Assembly: GCA_030141605.1 (NCBI GenBank)
Contig: JAQGDQ010000166.1
Span: 62,001 to 126,000 of the forward strand
Length of the DNA stretch: 64,000 bases
Direction of reading: 5' to 3'
DNA from: Tubiluchus corallicola
Lineage: Eukaryota > Animalia > Priapulida
This document shows positions 1-13,577 of this stretch, one piece after another. Both the position numbers and the translations under genes were made by a program. The notes under the pieces were generated by a model that saw only the letters and a program-made list of their open reading frames with translations, was not told the origin of the DNA and searched no databases. The stretch's first letter is position 1; every line of letters starts with the position of its first letter.

Positions 1-351
1 AAGGTTCCCAGGTGTTCAACTTTATTGAGAAGAACACGCAATAAAAACTACAGATTTTTTCTGCTTTCTAAACCGCACGTCTTGTGAACAAATCTCTTTA
101 TTTACCAACTATTAATTTCCCGCGTTAGTTTGTCAGTGAAATATCTCAAAGTTTTTTTTCAGAAAGTAAGACTTATAACGACTAGTGTGACCACCCCCTG
201 TGGGCTTGACTCAAACAATGTACAGTACTTACTTAAAAAAATCATCGCAGGTGGGTGCAAAAAGTAGGTTTTTTTTAGAAAATGCTTTTATGGTGAGTAG
301 CATTTTTGTACATTTTTTTGTTACAGTTTCTCGCTTTGAGTTCGAGTAATC

Positions 352-909
352 TTAAATGAAAGAACAAGTCACCTAGCATGATGAGTTTATTTTACTGTTG
401 TCACTTAAACTTAGAAAAATACGACAAAGAAATTTGCAAAAAGACAGTGTATAAGGAATGATGTTAATTTTTACGACCACTGTGTCGAAATTTTCGGGAA
501 CGATGGTTGCCGCCATTAACTTAAAAATTATGAGGTATTTGGTGGATTTCGTGACTCTTCGTAAGCGTTTTGTAGCTTTCCGTAAGCGCGCGCTGCTTAA
601 ACTAATTCAAACTTCTGCAGCTTACCTAATTTTCATGCAAAAATATTACAAAATCGGCTATCTAATTATTTTTAAAAACTTATTATACTTTTAATGAAGA
701 TTGACCATGGCCTACTTTTCTTCAGGACGAATGACGTCATTGAAAGAAGAATGGGCATTAAAAATCGGAGCGTCCAAAGATGAAGTGATCACGCCTTTAA
801 AGTGACTTTACACGAGGCGCTTATTGCAGTTTTATTACTAAATCCTTCCAACACTTTCACGAACATTGAAATAAGTTTAACTTCCCAGAAGGGTTGACTT
901 TTCCTTTAA
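352..909 (-). mobile_element. Kolobok-like family D element
   Basis: Reverse-complement homologue of 60873-61443; ends ttttcct|ttaa. Confidence 0.75.
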
Positions 910-1135
910 TTATTAGGAAGGTAACACATACAAGCATACGCCGACAGATTAAAGGAGCCGACATTATTTATAAGCATCTATTTCTCAATTCGTTTCAGTT
1001 TGGCTTTCATTAAAACTAAATCAATCCCCTTTCTGGCAATAAACAGACTCGGTTGTAATTATAATTTGTGAGAAAATTACACACTTGATAATTACTAGGT
1101 CGCTGAATACTTTCCAGCCGCTTCGAATTCCTAAA

Positions 1136-1137
<2 letters not shown>

Positions 1138-1186
<49 letters not shown>

Positions 1187-1216
1187 AAGAGAGAGAGATG
1201 GAGGGAGCGAGAGAGG

Positions 1217-1257
<41 letters not shown>

Positions 1258-1337
1258 GGGAGAGAGAGAGAAAGAGAAAGAGAGAGAGAGAGGAGAGAGA
1301 GAGGGGAGAGAGAGAGAGAGAAAGAGAGAGAGATGGG

Positions 1338-1385
<48 letters not shown>

Positions 1386-1460
1386 AACAGAGAGAAAAAG
1401 AGAGAGAAACAGAGAGAAAAAGAGAGAGAAACAGAGAGAGAAGGAAAGAGAGAGCGAGGG
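1138..1460. repeat. (AG)n microsatellite
   Basis: Direct reading. Confidence 0.97.
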
Positions 1461-1664
1461 GGGTGCAGAAATTAAATAAGAGCAATCTAAATTGGTGATT
1501 AACTTTATTTATTTAACAATAAATTACTCAGTTTTTGCAGAAACTGCATGGGAAAGGTACTTGGAATGATCCTGCAGACAACAAAAGAGCAAACTGAAGA
1601 AAATGAGAACTTTTGTAAAATCAAAACTTACAGTAAATGATATTCAAATTTCATGATTAATAAC

Positions 1665-2275
1665 ACAATGCAATGCAATGCACATTGCATAGAATGCAGT
1701 GGATTACAATGAAAGGCAGCAAATGCAATACAGTTAACATTAAATACGTACGAACAGTATAAACAGTACGAAGAAATGCAGTGCAATGCAATGCACTCTA
1801 CTCAAACAATATTAAATGAAATGTAGTAGAATACGACGAAATGCAGCGTAATGCAAAGCAATGCAATACAGTTATTGTTAAATGCAGTGCAGAGGAGTGC
1901 GACGAAATGCAGTGCAATGCAATGCAGTCAACTCAATTAACATTAAATGAAACGTGGTGGAGTACGACGAAAAGCAGTGTAACGCAGTGCAATGCAATAC
2001 AGTTAATGTTAAATGCAATGCAGCGGAGTGCGAAGAAACGCAGTGCAACGCAACGCAATACAATGTAACATAGTTAATATTAAACACAGTGTATTGGAGT
2101 CAATGCAATGCAGTGCAGTTCAAAGCAATGCTGTTCAACCTTGTGAAATTAATGTCAATGCTAAGCAGCGCAATGCAATACAGTTAATATTAAATGCAAT
2201 GCAGCGGAGTGCGACGAAATGCAGTTCAGTGCAATGCAATTCAATCCAATGCAATTAATGTTTAATGCAATACAG
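1665..2275. repeat. Degenerate (AATGC)n pentamer satellite
   Basis: Direct reading. Confidence 0.85.
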
Positions 2276-3037
2276 GGCAATTTTCAAGTTCTAGCTTTCG
2301 CTTTTTCACAAGTGAACACACAATTCCCATGTTTTCTCAATTAACAAAATTCTTTGGTCTAAGTGTATCAATACATGTAATTGTAAAACAGAATGAAAAT
2401 ATTTCAATGCTTTGTGGTGAAGGCAAAGACGCCGTTTTAGCCTGAAGGCATCTCAACTTAACCGTGTCAGACTGAGTCGTGTTTGCTTAGAATAGACTCA
2501 CTCCTCAAATTTCAGATTACTATATGACACAAAACAAAATTTCTTAGCTACATTGTGGGAAATTCAATTGTCTCACTCGTAGCTGTAATCCGACGAAAAT
2601 TTAACGTTGTTTAAGGATCCGTAGTTATAAAATCTTGTATTTGATAAATGTTATAAAATTTACGTTCAGCAATATAACAAACAGTTATATAACTAACTTA
2701 GTTTACAACTGACAAGCGTGCTTTTATATGTGATTTTTTTGTTATAGAATGCAAAGAATTTTAATAAAGTTAATAGTTTTCGTTGACCAAGATGTTTTCT
2801 TGCTTGGACGTCTTTGTATCGAGTCTACGTCAGAATTTTGTAGCACCTTTGTCTGTACGTAGCCAAAAATGTGCAGATGGATAAGTAGATGCGTGAATAG
2901 GTAGGTAGGTAAGTAAGTAAGTAGTAGGTTGGCAGGTCAGTAGGTAGGAAGGTAGATTGTGCTTTCTGACAAGAGAAATATTCACTATCTTTAGAGCAAT
3001 GCCGGCCGCATGGTGTGGCTGTGTCAGTGGCACGTAC

Positions 3038-3400
3038 GGATGGATGGATGGAGGAATGGATGGATGGATGAATGGATGCATGTATGTATATATGGATGGA
3101 TGGATGGATGGATGGATGGATGGATGGATGGATGGATGGATGGATGGATGCATGGGTGGATGGATGAGTGGATGGATGGATGGATGAGTGGATGGATGGA
3201 TGGATTGATGGATGCATGGATGACTGGACGGATGAGTGGATGGATGAATGCATGGATGCATGGATGGATGGGTGGATGACCAGATAGACAGACAGACAGA
3301 GAGACAGACAGACAGACGAACTGACCGAAAGACAAACAGACAACCAAACAGAAGGGCGGACGGAGACAGGCATGCAGGCAAACAGACAGATAGATACAAG
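3038..3400. repeat. (GGAT)n then (GACA)n microsatellites
   Basis: Direct reading. Confidence 0.95.
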
Positions 3401-4019
3401 ACGGCACATAGGTGTTACACAAAACCGATTTCAATGTACAGCATAAGAGGTTTAACCAAAGCGACCCTGGGCTGTCAATTTTCACCATTAGGTGACGTCG
3501 GGCACGTATGCCCTCGAGGTGACAGTCTATTTTACCAGCTGCTGTACCTTTCAAAAAAAATCAGTAATTTTCATGGAAAACCTCTTGTACGAGACACCTC
3601 ATACTGACTTGTTTCAAATGATATTGTATAGATGGATTATATACAGTATACTAATATTAACTTTAATTCCTTATGTGATATATTTAATTCTAACAATGTA
3701 ATCGATAATATAAACGCAGTAGCGGAAATCAATGAAACTGATATAACAATACTGATACTTGAATCAATTTTTATATAAAACAACATTCACTTCAAAATTT
3801 AGCAATCTGTTCATATCATTTAATCTTACAGTTGTCAACAAATAAATCTTAATAATTTAGTTGTTTATTTCAATTCAATGTTATATTTGTCAAAACTTTT
3901 TATATTTTTAACATGACTTTATTGTAATCACTTCGTTCATTGTAAGCCTGTGTTTTAATCTGTGACCATTTTGACACTTAGTTATCGACACTGTTTTTTA
4001 ATTTGGACTAAAATTTGAG

Positions 4020-4374
4020 CACCCCCCACCACAACCACCAACCACCACCACCACCACCAACACCAATACCACCACTACTACTAACACCACCACCACCACA
4101 ACCACCAATACCACCACTACTACTAACACCACCACCACCACCAACACCACCACTACCACCAACACCAACACCAACACCAACACCAACACCACCAACAACA
4201 CCATCACCAACACCAACACCATCACCAACACCACCACCAACACCACCACCACCACCATCATCACCAACAGGACCACTATCACTACTACATCTACTACTAC
4301 TACTGCTACTGCTACTGCCACTGCCACTGCCACTGCCACTACTACCACTACCACTACCACTACCACTACTACCC

Positions 4375-4409
<35 letters not shown>

Positions 4410-4445
4410 GCTACTGCAACTACCACCACCACAACCACAACCACC
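4020..4445. repeat. (CCA)n/(CTA)n compound trinucleotide repeat
   Basis: Direct reading. Confidence 0.9.
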
Positions 4446-5079
4446 TATTGGTGGTTATGGTAGGGACAGTGGGGGAAAGGGGTTGTTTGTTGATGAGGAG
4501 ACGTTAACAATACTTCTGCCCAGGACGTCAAACTACCTTGATCTGGCTCTCCCTCCCAGCTTGAAGTTACAACTGTCTGATATCAGGTTTTGAAAAGCTC
4601 TAGAAGCACAGTATCTTCACGAAGTGAATTATGTAAAAACGGATTACGCTAATTGAGTGCCGGGCCTGTCCAACAACAAAATCCCTTCACTCAAAATTGT
4701 GTTTGTGTTTCTGTATTTTGTCTTTAACGTCTTCTCTTGTGATGCTTTCTTACACATGCCAACACCTGACGCAGAATTAACGAAAAAAATGTAATTTGCT
4801 CAAAAATTTACTTCCTTCATGCCAATTCGTCATCACGCACATTTATTTTGATCAATGATTATCAAGTTTTCATCACTTATAAACGAAACTTGCTAAAAAT
4901 TTTGAGACAGATGTGTTAATATCTATACTATGTCAACAGAAGTTAGAATTAATAATATTATTAACGTGTCTGAAACTCTTACACGAGCCCTTGGAAGAAG
5001 TAAAATAGCTGTAAAGATAGTGCATATTGCTTTCTGACAAGGCAAATATACACCGTTTTTACCGCGCGTTGTGGCGGTA

Positions 5080-5140
5080 TTAGTAGTAGTAGTAATACTT
5101 GTAGTGGTTGTGGTTGTTGTTCTTGTTTTGTTGTTGTTGT

Positions 5141-5181
<41 letters not shown>

Positions 5182-5350
5182 TTGTTGTTGCTGCTGCTGC
5201 TGCTGTTGTAGAAGTGGTAGTGGTAGTGGTAGTGGTAGTGGTAGTGGTAGTGGTAGTGGTAGTGGTAGTGGTAGTAGCAGCAGCAGCAGTAGTAGTAGTA
5301 GAAGTGGTACTGGTAGTGGTAGTGGTAGTAGTAGTAGTAGAAGTAGTAGT
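5080..5350. repeat. (TTG/CTG)n and (GTAGTG)n compound repeat
   Basis: Direct reading. Confidence 0.93.
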
Positions 5351-6559
5351 AAATACATTAACACATACCTAAGTACATATACATTTAAGCAAGTATTTTT
5401 ATTGGAGTAACACTTCGTGTTAAAGGTACACTCACACTCCATAATATGCAAACGACAAAGAACCAACATGGTTAAACGCACCTCGGTGACAAAGTCATCA
5501 CCATTAAACCCAACAAGATTTATGGAGTTTTATAACCCAATTCGACACAGTTAAAAGTTTCTCTAATGTAGCTAGTATTCAGTACAATCAGCTATTAAAA
5601 CTCAATGTGGAATGCATTTTGCGGCTCGTATAAGTTGTAATCAGTGGCAACAATAAACCAGTTTCAGATCAAAAGTTGCGAAACCCATGAAATAAAATCA
5701 TAAAGTGAACTGAGTATGTTTCCCAGACGTGGTTTGCCTACACAAATACTTTAAAACTATTCCAGTATAAGATCTACACGATGTACTTAACTTAAAATAT
5801 ATCCACAATTTGACAAAATTTTGTTTCAGTCTGACGTATGAGTCAGACTTAACGTGTTGCCTTAAGTATGATCTTTACCTCTTAAATAACGATGCTATGT
5901 CCAGGCAATTAATCAACATATTATTGCCTTTAAACATCAATATTTTATAATATAGTGATAGTGAACTGTTGTCATTGTACCTGTGTGGAAGTGATGATTT
6001 TAGTATTGCTGTTAACTGAGAAATTTTCGATTGCATCCAGAATTACATTAGAAAAACTAAACGTTTTAATGTGAACAGACCTTAAGTTTCCTTTTATGTA
6101 TCAATGGCTTATTTTAAGACAGTTTTTGTTATTTTTAATTGTTGTATTATATGTTGTGTCATATCTGCTAATTTTCTATGTATATGCCCTTGTTTATATG
6201 TGTTTATATGTATAGTATGTATGTATATCTATTTGTGTTTTTTCCATGTATATTACCGTGTTTTCTCTACACTTCTGCTTGTACATATATTTGCATAGTG
6301 AGATTTCATGTATCAGTCTTAAAAACTGTCTAATCTAAACCAAATAAACTACGCTTAAACTACAAACCAACACTTAAAAAATCATACTAATCTTCGGTAT
6401 CTCTGTATATGAATTGTGTAGTGGTTTAAAACACATAATTAGATAGTAATTATACGTGGTGACGCGCACACTTAATTAAAGATTACTCGTGTTCGAAGGA
6501 TAAATATTTCGTTAACATAAAATGCCCAACATAAAATGCCAACTTTTAATTGCTTCCCG

Positions 6560-7760
6560 AGTATTGAGTCATTACAATGTTACTAGTTGTGTTGAGTGTT
6601 ATGGATACTCAAGATGACTCAAATGAATGCGGCTGCGAATATGCAAAAACACCAAACGCTATTTACCATTTTATAGGTACTCAATTTGGTGTTTAATCTG
6701 AGTGAAGCTGACGCTTAACTGAGTAGCGGTCACTGAGTGTTATGGATACTCAAGATGTAAAAATACCAAACGCTATTTACCATTTTATAGGCTTAGCTGA
6801 GTAATGGTCACAGAGTGTTATGGATACTCAAAATGACTCAAATGAATGCGGCTTTTAAATATGTAAAAATACCAAACGCTGTTTACCATTTTATAGGCTT
6901 AACTGAGTAATGGTCACAGAGTGTTATGGATACTCAAAATGACTCAAATGAAAGGAGCTGTTAAATATGTAAAAACACCAACCGCTTTTGGAATTTTTAT
7001 AGGTACTCAATTTGGTGTTTAATCTGAGTGACCCCGACGCTTAACTGAGTAACGGTGTTTCAAAAAAAGTTTGATACCTGAAAAACTGAGAAAGTTAGTG
7101 GTAGTTGGAAGTGGTATTGGTAATTAGGAAAGTGGTTAGAGCTGAGTATATTATTGAGGAAAATACTCTGATACCAACTTGAGCTGTTACTCAAACCAAT
7201 TAGTAATACTCAATTAATAAAGCTGAAGCTCAAATGCATAAATATGATGTCCCGATTAAGTAAATTTGGGTTTTAATCGAGCTATTCTATACTCACTCAG
7301 AGTAGCTCAACTGAAGCTCCATCTGAGTAACTCTGGCGTAAATTGAATACTCTGTTTAAATTATTTGACACTCAAATTCATGACCTTGATTTAAGACGGA
7401 GTAACTCGCGGCTGGGGTTGAGTAATTTGAGTCTCAAAACCATTGCCTGGGTGCGCAACCTGAGCAACATCGTGCTCTGATTGAGTAATTTGATACTCAA
7501 ATTCAGTAACTTGGGGTTCCAACTAAATGGCTTGATGCGAAAGTTGAGTATCGTCACACTCAAAATAGACAACTCAATGCCTAAACTGATTACCTTGAAT
7601 AAGCTTCACACTCAAACTGAGTATCATTACACTCAAACTAGGCAACTCAATGCTCAAACTGATAAGCTTGAATTCGCTTTACACTAATACTGAGTAAGTT
7701 GACGCCTAAATTGAGTATCAAAGACGAGTGCAAATTGAGTTTCTAACTCAAAAAAGTCCA
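6560..7760. repeat. Region dense in TACTCA/TGAGTA motifs, including 3-4 tandem ~100-140 bp units (6594-7033)
   Basis: gagtgttatggatactcaa repeated four times; many (T)ACTCAA/TTGAGT motifs in both orientations. Confidence 0.75.
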
Positions 7761-8167
7761 CGGGGCAAATGCAGCATCCCTCAGAAAAAAATCAATAAAT
7801 TTTCATCACGAATGTTTAAAGAATTTACCTCTCGAATTCGTCAACATCAAACGGTAGTTCTTTGCAAGTGTGCCAAAATGTCTGACCTCTCCGATCTAAA
7901 AAGACAACAAACGCGTGAATAGATAACGGATTTTGTCTAAACAATCGTTTCCTAAAGCAAGACAGAACTGTTGAATTTCATACAAAAACAAGTTTGTCTA
8001 TAAGAAATGTGCTAATCGGGTAAATTTTGCGAAACTTCTACAAAACTTATTTGCCTTTGCGAATTTGTCAGATAATGAAAAAGCTTTCAGTGAAAAAACG
8101 TGTTGTTTTTTGGAAATAAACATGGAAATCTAAATTATTATAATTTTGAGTAGTAACATGAAAATGT

Positions 8168-8930
8168 TTAAAGGAAAACATGACGATTTTTTGCATTCTA
8201 GCCCATTTTGACGTACGGTAAAAAGTATGCATTTTCACACCTGTAATAATACGAAGGCGTTTCTGATAATTAAATAATTATAGTTAAAAACTTAATTAAT
8301 GGTTTTAACGAGCCAAACTAATGATGACATCACAAATGAACAAAGTTTTCAAAAGCACAAATATTTCCTGATCGTGTTGAACGTGTTTGAAAAAGTGAAA
8401 ATCGAAGTACAGTGCTACTGTAAGATATTTAGCGTGCTATGCAAAAACTCAGCATATTTTAAATTTAAAATTCAAATTTCAAGTTTACACTGTGCTCACG
8501 CATGAGCTCCCAAACGCATGCGCTACGTCACAAACGAACAACTCTACAAACTGAGATGTACAGCACCCGTTTTTCGTGCAACGCATTTCTGAGATACAGA
8601 CGTTAGTGCCCATCTAACTACGAATGGCGAAACGGATATAACAGCTAGAAATCTAGCCGCGCAAACGCGAAATTATCTACTACGTTATAGGCGTGATGTA
8701 AAACATACTAGCAATGATATTGCCAAGTCACACCTTTTTACAACATTGGTGAATATACATTTTAGGCTGGTCTGACAACCTCAACGATATTGTATAGTTA
8801 CTTAACTTACGAAAGTCCGTATAATAAGTCCATTAACTTTGTTGACTTTGTTGAATTTCTGCAGTTCAAAACTATCTATATTTGTGATATGTAATTTCTT
8901 CACTCAAATTTTTTTAAGACCCGTAAATGA
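8168..8930 (+). mobile_element. Kolobok-like family C element (other copies or fragments near 14293-14400, 32000-32790, 37090-37682, 39625-39778, 48637-48683, 49675-50200)
   Basis: TTAA|AGGAAAAC start; shared blocks gtacggtaaaaag, gatgacRtcacaaa, gcccatctaacta, tggcgaaa. Confidence 0.75.
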
Positions 8931-9100
8931 TTTTTAGCAGATTGGAAAACAGTATTGACTCCATAACTGGGTTATACAATGGTTTTGCCTCTCTTTGCTC
9001 TATTTCTTTTCACTAATGGTTTTAATAGTAATACATATATGTATATATTCTTATGTAAATATATATTTTGTATATATATAGGCATTGTTGTTGTTGTTGT

Positions 9101-9192
<92 letters not shown>

Positions 9193-9529
9193 TCATCAAA
9201 GGGCATTTTAGCTCAATTGCACTAAAGCCTACGATATTAAGAATTATTCATTATTTGACTGACGAACATTTCCGATCTGATAATTGCTTAAACACGATTA
9301 ATTAATTAATTTGCTTCCTTTTCAATGACGATCAACAGCAAGGTGTTCAGAAGTGATGCATCCCAAAGGACTAAACCGACTAACTAGACTAATTAGACTA
9401 CTACAGGCACAGTGCAACGAATCCCCTGGGTTATGACCAGTCAGCACCACTCCTGAATATATATATTGAGGATTGTATATATTATAAAAATATATCTATA
9501 GATATATCTTATCTATCTATTTGTCTATC

Positions 9530-9588
<59 letters not shown>

Positions 9589-9809
9589 ACATATATGTTT
9601 TGTGTGTGTGTGTGCGCGCGTGCGTGCGTGCGTGTTTATGTGTGTCCCCAAGACTATTATTGCAGAGTTCTATTGAAAACGATATTTTGGCTGAGCTGAT
9701 CAACTCAAATGTGGCCAGCAATAAATTGCAACTCCATGGGTTTCTAGACCCGAATACAAGCCTTAAATTTAAACGTAATATAAAAAACACAATGGCAAAG
9801 CAACTTTAC

Positions 9810-10133
9810 CTTCGTCCAATAATATCCGATTCCAAAATAAAGGCCTCATTTTCACTTTCGGCGTAATCACAGGTTTACGTGGCCGTGGTGATGACGACAC
9901 CGGTGACGTCACACGCTGATTGTCGTCATCAGTTTCCACTTTTTCGCCACCCTCCAACTTCTCACTGCTACTGTGTCTGTCAAAGGCCTCCTTCTGAGTC
10001 CAATTCTTTTCCGGTGGACTGTCCACTTCCACGTCCGCCTGGTCTTGGCTTCCAAGAGGCTCCTTTTCAGAAATCTTTCTGCTGCGTCCGAGCCTGCTGG
10101 ACGACACTGGCCTGCTCACGTTTTCAACCACAT
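9810..10133 (-). CDS. DEP-domain formin-like gene, exon 3: Ser/Glu-rich linker and FH2 lasso start (PRKPVITPKVKMRPLFWNRILLDE)
   Basis: tttcag/gtaaag, 324 nt, phase 1-1 compatible with exon 2; resembles the FMN/Cappuccino RKP.I.P..PMKPLYWTRI motif. Confidence 0.85.
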
Positions 10134-10597
10134 CTGAAATTGTTCCGACAGTATAATGGTCAAGCTCCCAGACCAGGAGAAGCTATCGTCTTTGGGAAGT
10201 CTAAACAGGTATTTTCACGGACGCATGTGCAATAATTACGGTTCATAAAATCTACACAGTGGGGAGAAAAGGTACCAGATAAGAGGATAGGTCGCTAAAA
10301 GACTAGCAATGACTTAAACGGATTGTCCCCCAAGCTCAATACACGACCCGAACATGTGATTATGATAATTATCTTCCCGCCGTGGGACACTTGTTTAAAG
10401 GAATTCCAAGCATCTTCACATTTCGCTTGTGGCGTCTTTTAGTTAAAATTTGAGACCGGTTTCTTAAGCAATGGTCATAATGGGCACATTTGGAAGATGC
10501 GTCGTAAATTAGCAACGTGCCAAGTGTTTCAAACACTAATTCTGATTCAGCGTATAGACCATGTAGATATTGCAAAAAATGAATGAATCAGCCAGCT

Positions 10598-10960
10598 TAT
10601 ACTCGTACTTGTATTTGTACTTGTACTTATGTTATACTTATACTTATATTTGTACTTGTACTTGTACTTGTTTTGTACTTATACTTGTACCTGTACATAT
10701 ATTGTACGTATATCTTGTACTTATACTTGTACTCACACTCACACTCACTCACGTATCACACACTCACATATCTTATACTTGTACTTATACTTACACTTAC
10801 ACTTACACTTACACTTATACTTATACATGTACTTGTGTATTTGAGCTCACACTCACTCGCACGAACACCCAGACTCGTACTCATACTCATACTCACACTA
10901 ACGCTCATGCTCACACTCATACGCATACTCATACTCACACTCACACTCAGACTCATAACT
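10598..10960. repeat. Degenerate hexamer repeat (TACTTR/CACACT/CATACT)n
   Basis: Direct reading. Confidence 0.9.
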
Positions 10961-12347
10961 GAACTTATAATTATGCAAAAGAAATGATGGCTCCCTATTC
11001 GGTTTGCATGACAAGGCTGGTACCGAGTTTTAGTATGCTGGTGAGATGTTAGAAGTTTTATTGTAGATTGAATGTCTGTACAAATTAAACACGTTTGACT
11101 TGTAAGGAAAGGTGTGTCTCTGAACTATAAAACTAATTTAGTACTAAGTCCCATTCGAATAGGTTAGGGCTTGATCATTCATTTATTCATTCATTCATTC
11201 GCTCGTTCGTTTGCTCGTTCGTTCGTTCATTCATTCATTCATCCATCTGGTCGTTCTTTCATTTATTCGTTGCTTTATTCGCTCGTTCATTCATTCATTC
11301 ATTCATTTACTCATGCATTTATTCGTTCGTTCGTCCATTCTTTCATTCTTTATTTATTAATTTTATCTTTCTATCTATCTATCTTTCTTTTTTCTTTTTT
11401 CTTTCTTGCTCATTTTCTCAGTTGTGTTCTGTTTTTTGCTCTTTCCTTTTCATCTTCTTTCTGTCGTTAGTGCATTTGTTCATATTGTACAAGTGTTCTC
11501 TGTTCCTTTCTTTCTCCCCCTCCCCTCTCTCTCTCTCTCTTTCCTTCTCTCCCTCTCTCCCGCCATCTCTCCTCTCTCTCTTTCTTCTTCCCCCTCTCTC
11601 TCTCTCTTGCCATCTCCCCCCCTCTCTCTCTCTCTCTCGTCATCTCTCTTTCTGCCGCTTTAGTGACTCACTAAACACACAGCCTCGATAATGTGAAGAT
11701 ACCAGTCTCGCTACAGCCATTTCACTTGAGTAAAACCTTCCGTTGAAGGCTGGAGTCGTGCTGGCCTTCAAATTGCATTAAAGAAAAGTAAATTAATTTA
11801 ATTAGTTATTTAATTACATAGTCGCAACCCTTTACCCTTTCAGTCGCCGGACAGTAAGCTCGTCTAGGAAGTGAAACATTTTTACATTAAATTGAAAGTG
11901 TTAGATGTTTTATGGAGACAGACAATTTTGCTAAAACGGTTTTAATTTCAAAACGACGTCATCTACAATTATTGTCATCATATTTTACAAGCAATGAAGT
12001 GATAAATGAATAAAACTGATAAATTTACCGATCCGTAGCTTCACACTGGGCAATAATATTACTGAATGGGGCGAAACTCAGTTTCAAAGATAGCAGTCAA
12101 TCTTTGGGGTACTGCCCCATTCAAACTCAAATCATCAGCTAGTCTAAGAAGCTTGAAAAAGCAATTGAAAGATACAAACAAATTATTTAATACCAGCCAT
12201 ATAAAAACGATAACCTCCTCACACCTCGCCTAGAGACTATCCTTCTATATCACCGGCAATTTAAAATAATAATTTTTTATTCACAATTTAGCAACTGACA
12301 AACTAAAAACAAAACATAATCGAAATTAATTCTGTTACAGTCTTTCA

Positions 12348-12817
12348 TCATGTAAAATTATACATACGTAAATATAAATGTGGTTATATAACTTTGTTTA
12401 TAAATTTAGATATTTATATATAAACTAAAGTATCAATAAATACACATCTGCAGTATCGTGATTGCAATTGCACTGTAGGCAACTTAGTATGTAATCATGT
12501 AAAATTATGCATATGTAAATATAAATGTGGTTATATAACTTTGTTTATAAATTTGTATATTTACACATAAACAAACTATGGTATTAATCTATCTATCTGT
12601 CTATCTATCTATCTATATATATATAAACAACTGAAGTATCGTGTTTGCAATTGCACTGTAGGCAACTTAGTATGTAATCATGTAAAATTATATATATGTA
12701 TATATAAATGGGAATATATAACTTTCTTTATTATTTTGGACATTTATACATAAACTAAAGTATTAATATATATACAACTGAAGTATCGTGCTTGCAATTG
12801 CACTGTAGGCAACTTGG
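12348..12817. repeat. Tandem repeat, three units of ~140-180 bp
   Basis: tcatgtaaaatta...ttgcaattgcactgtaggcaactt x3. Confidence 0.9.
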
Positions 12818-13302
12818 TAAGTTTTTTTCTCATGTAGGGCAGCCAATCAGTTTGTTTTCTAGACACGTACTGAACTGAAAGTGAACATTTGCAGTGGGGT
12901 TCATACCCCCATTAATCTTTGTTACATTCGATTTTGTAATTTTATACTTCAATGGAGAATATTAAGTTCCTTGTTAAGAAATAAGTTTATAACATCGTTG
13001 TGAAACGGACAGTGTAATTAAAGTTTGCTTAACTTTGAAAATTGAAAGACGATCAAAACGATTCAATTTTGACATTCGTTTAAATCTACTGAGAATAAAT
13101 TTATAAAATACGATAAGTATTGGTTACAATCAAATGCAAAAAATTAATAATAGAAACTGAGTCATTAGTAGTGAAAAAAGAAAATTACTTTAACGATTAT
13201 CTAATTGTTTTAGCAAAACATCCAGGGTTCGTATAAATATTAATGATGAAAAATTAATTAACCTTTTTCTCTTTAACACAACGATAGCCATGTCCGTAAC
13301 AA

Positions 13303-13357
13303 AAGCAACAACGACTACAGCATCAGCAGCAGTAGCAGCAGCAACAACAATACCAGC

Positions 13358-13389
<32 letters not shown>

Positions 13390-13577
13390 CGACGACGACA
13401 ACAACAACAACCGCAACAGCAACAACAACAACAACAACCACGACGGCAACAATAGCAACAGCAACAGCAGCAGCAAGAACAACAACAACAACAACAACAA
13501 CAACAAACTACAACATTAACAGCAACAACATCAACAACAACAACGACGACGACGACAATGACAACAACAATAACAAA
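13303..13577. repeat. (ACA/GCA)n trinucleotide repeat
   Basis: Direct reading. Confidence 0.93.

Noticed and set aside
4015-4593. Polyproline ORF as the missing formin FH1
   Set aside because: It is on the + strand, opposite the gene, and lies after the FH2 start in transcript order; it is a (CCA)n/(CTA)n microsatellite.
7887-7895. 9-nt phase-1 microexon candidate (ttttag|ATCGGAGAG|gtcaga) for the formin
   Set aside because: Weak donor and no homology support; such matches arise by chance.
1-9809. Further FH2 exons (candidates near 9370, 4765 and 1571)
   Set aside because: Each reaches a stop in the required phase or lacks the expected W...EP...FEELF motif; the next exons are probably outside the window.
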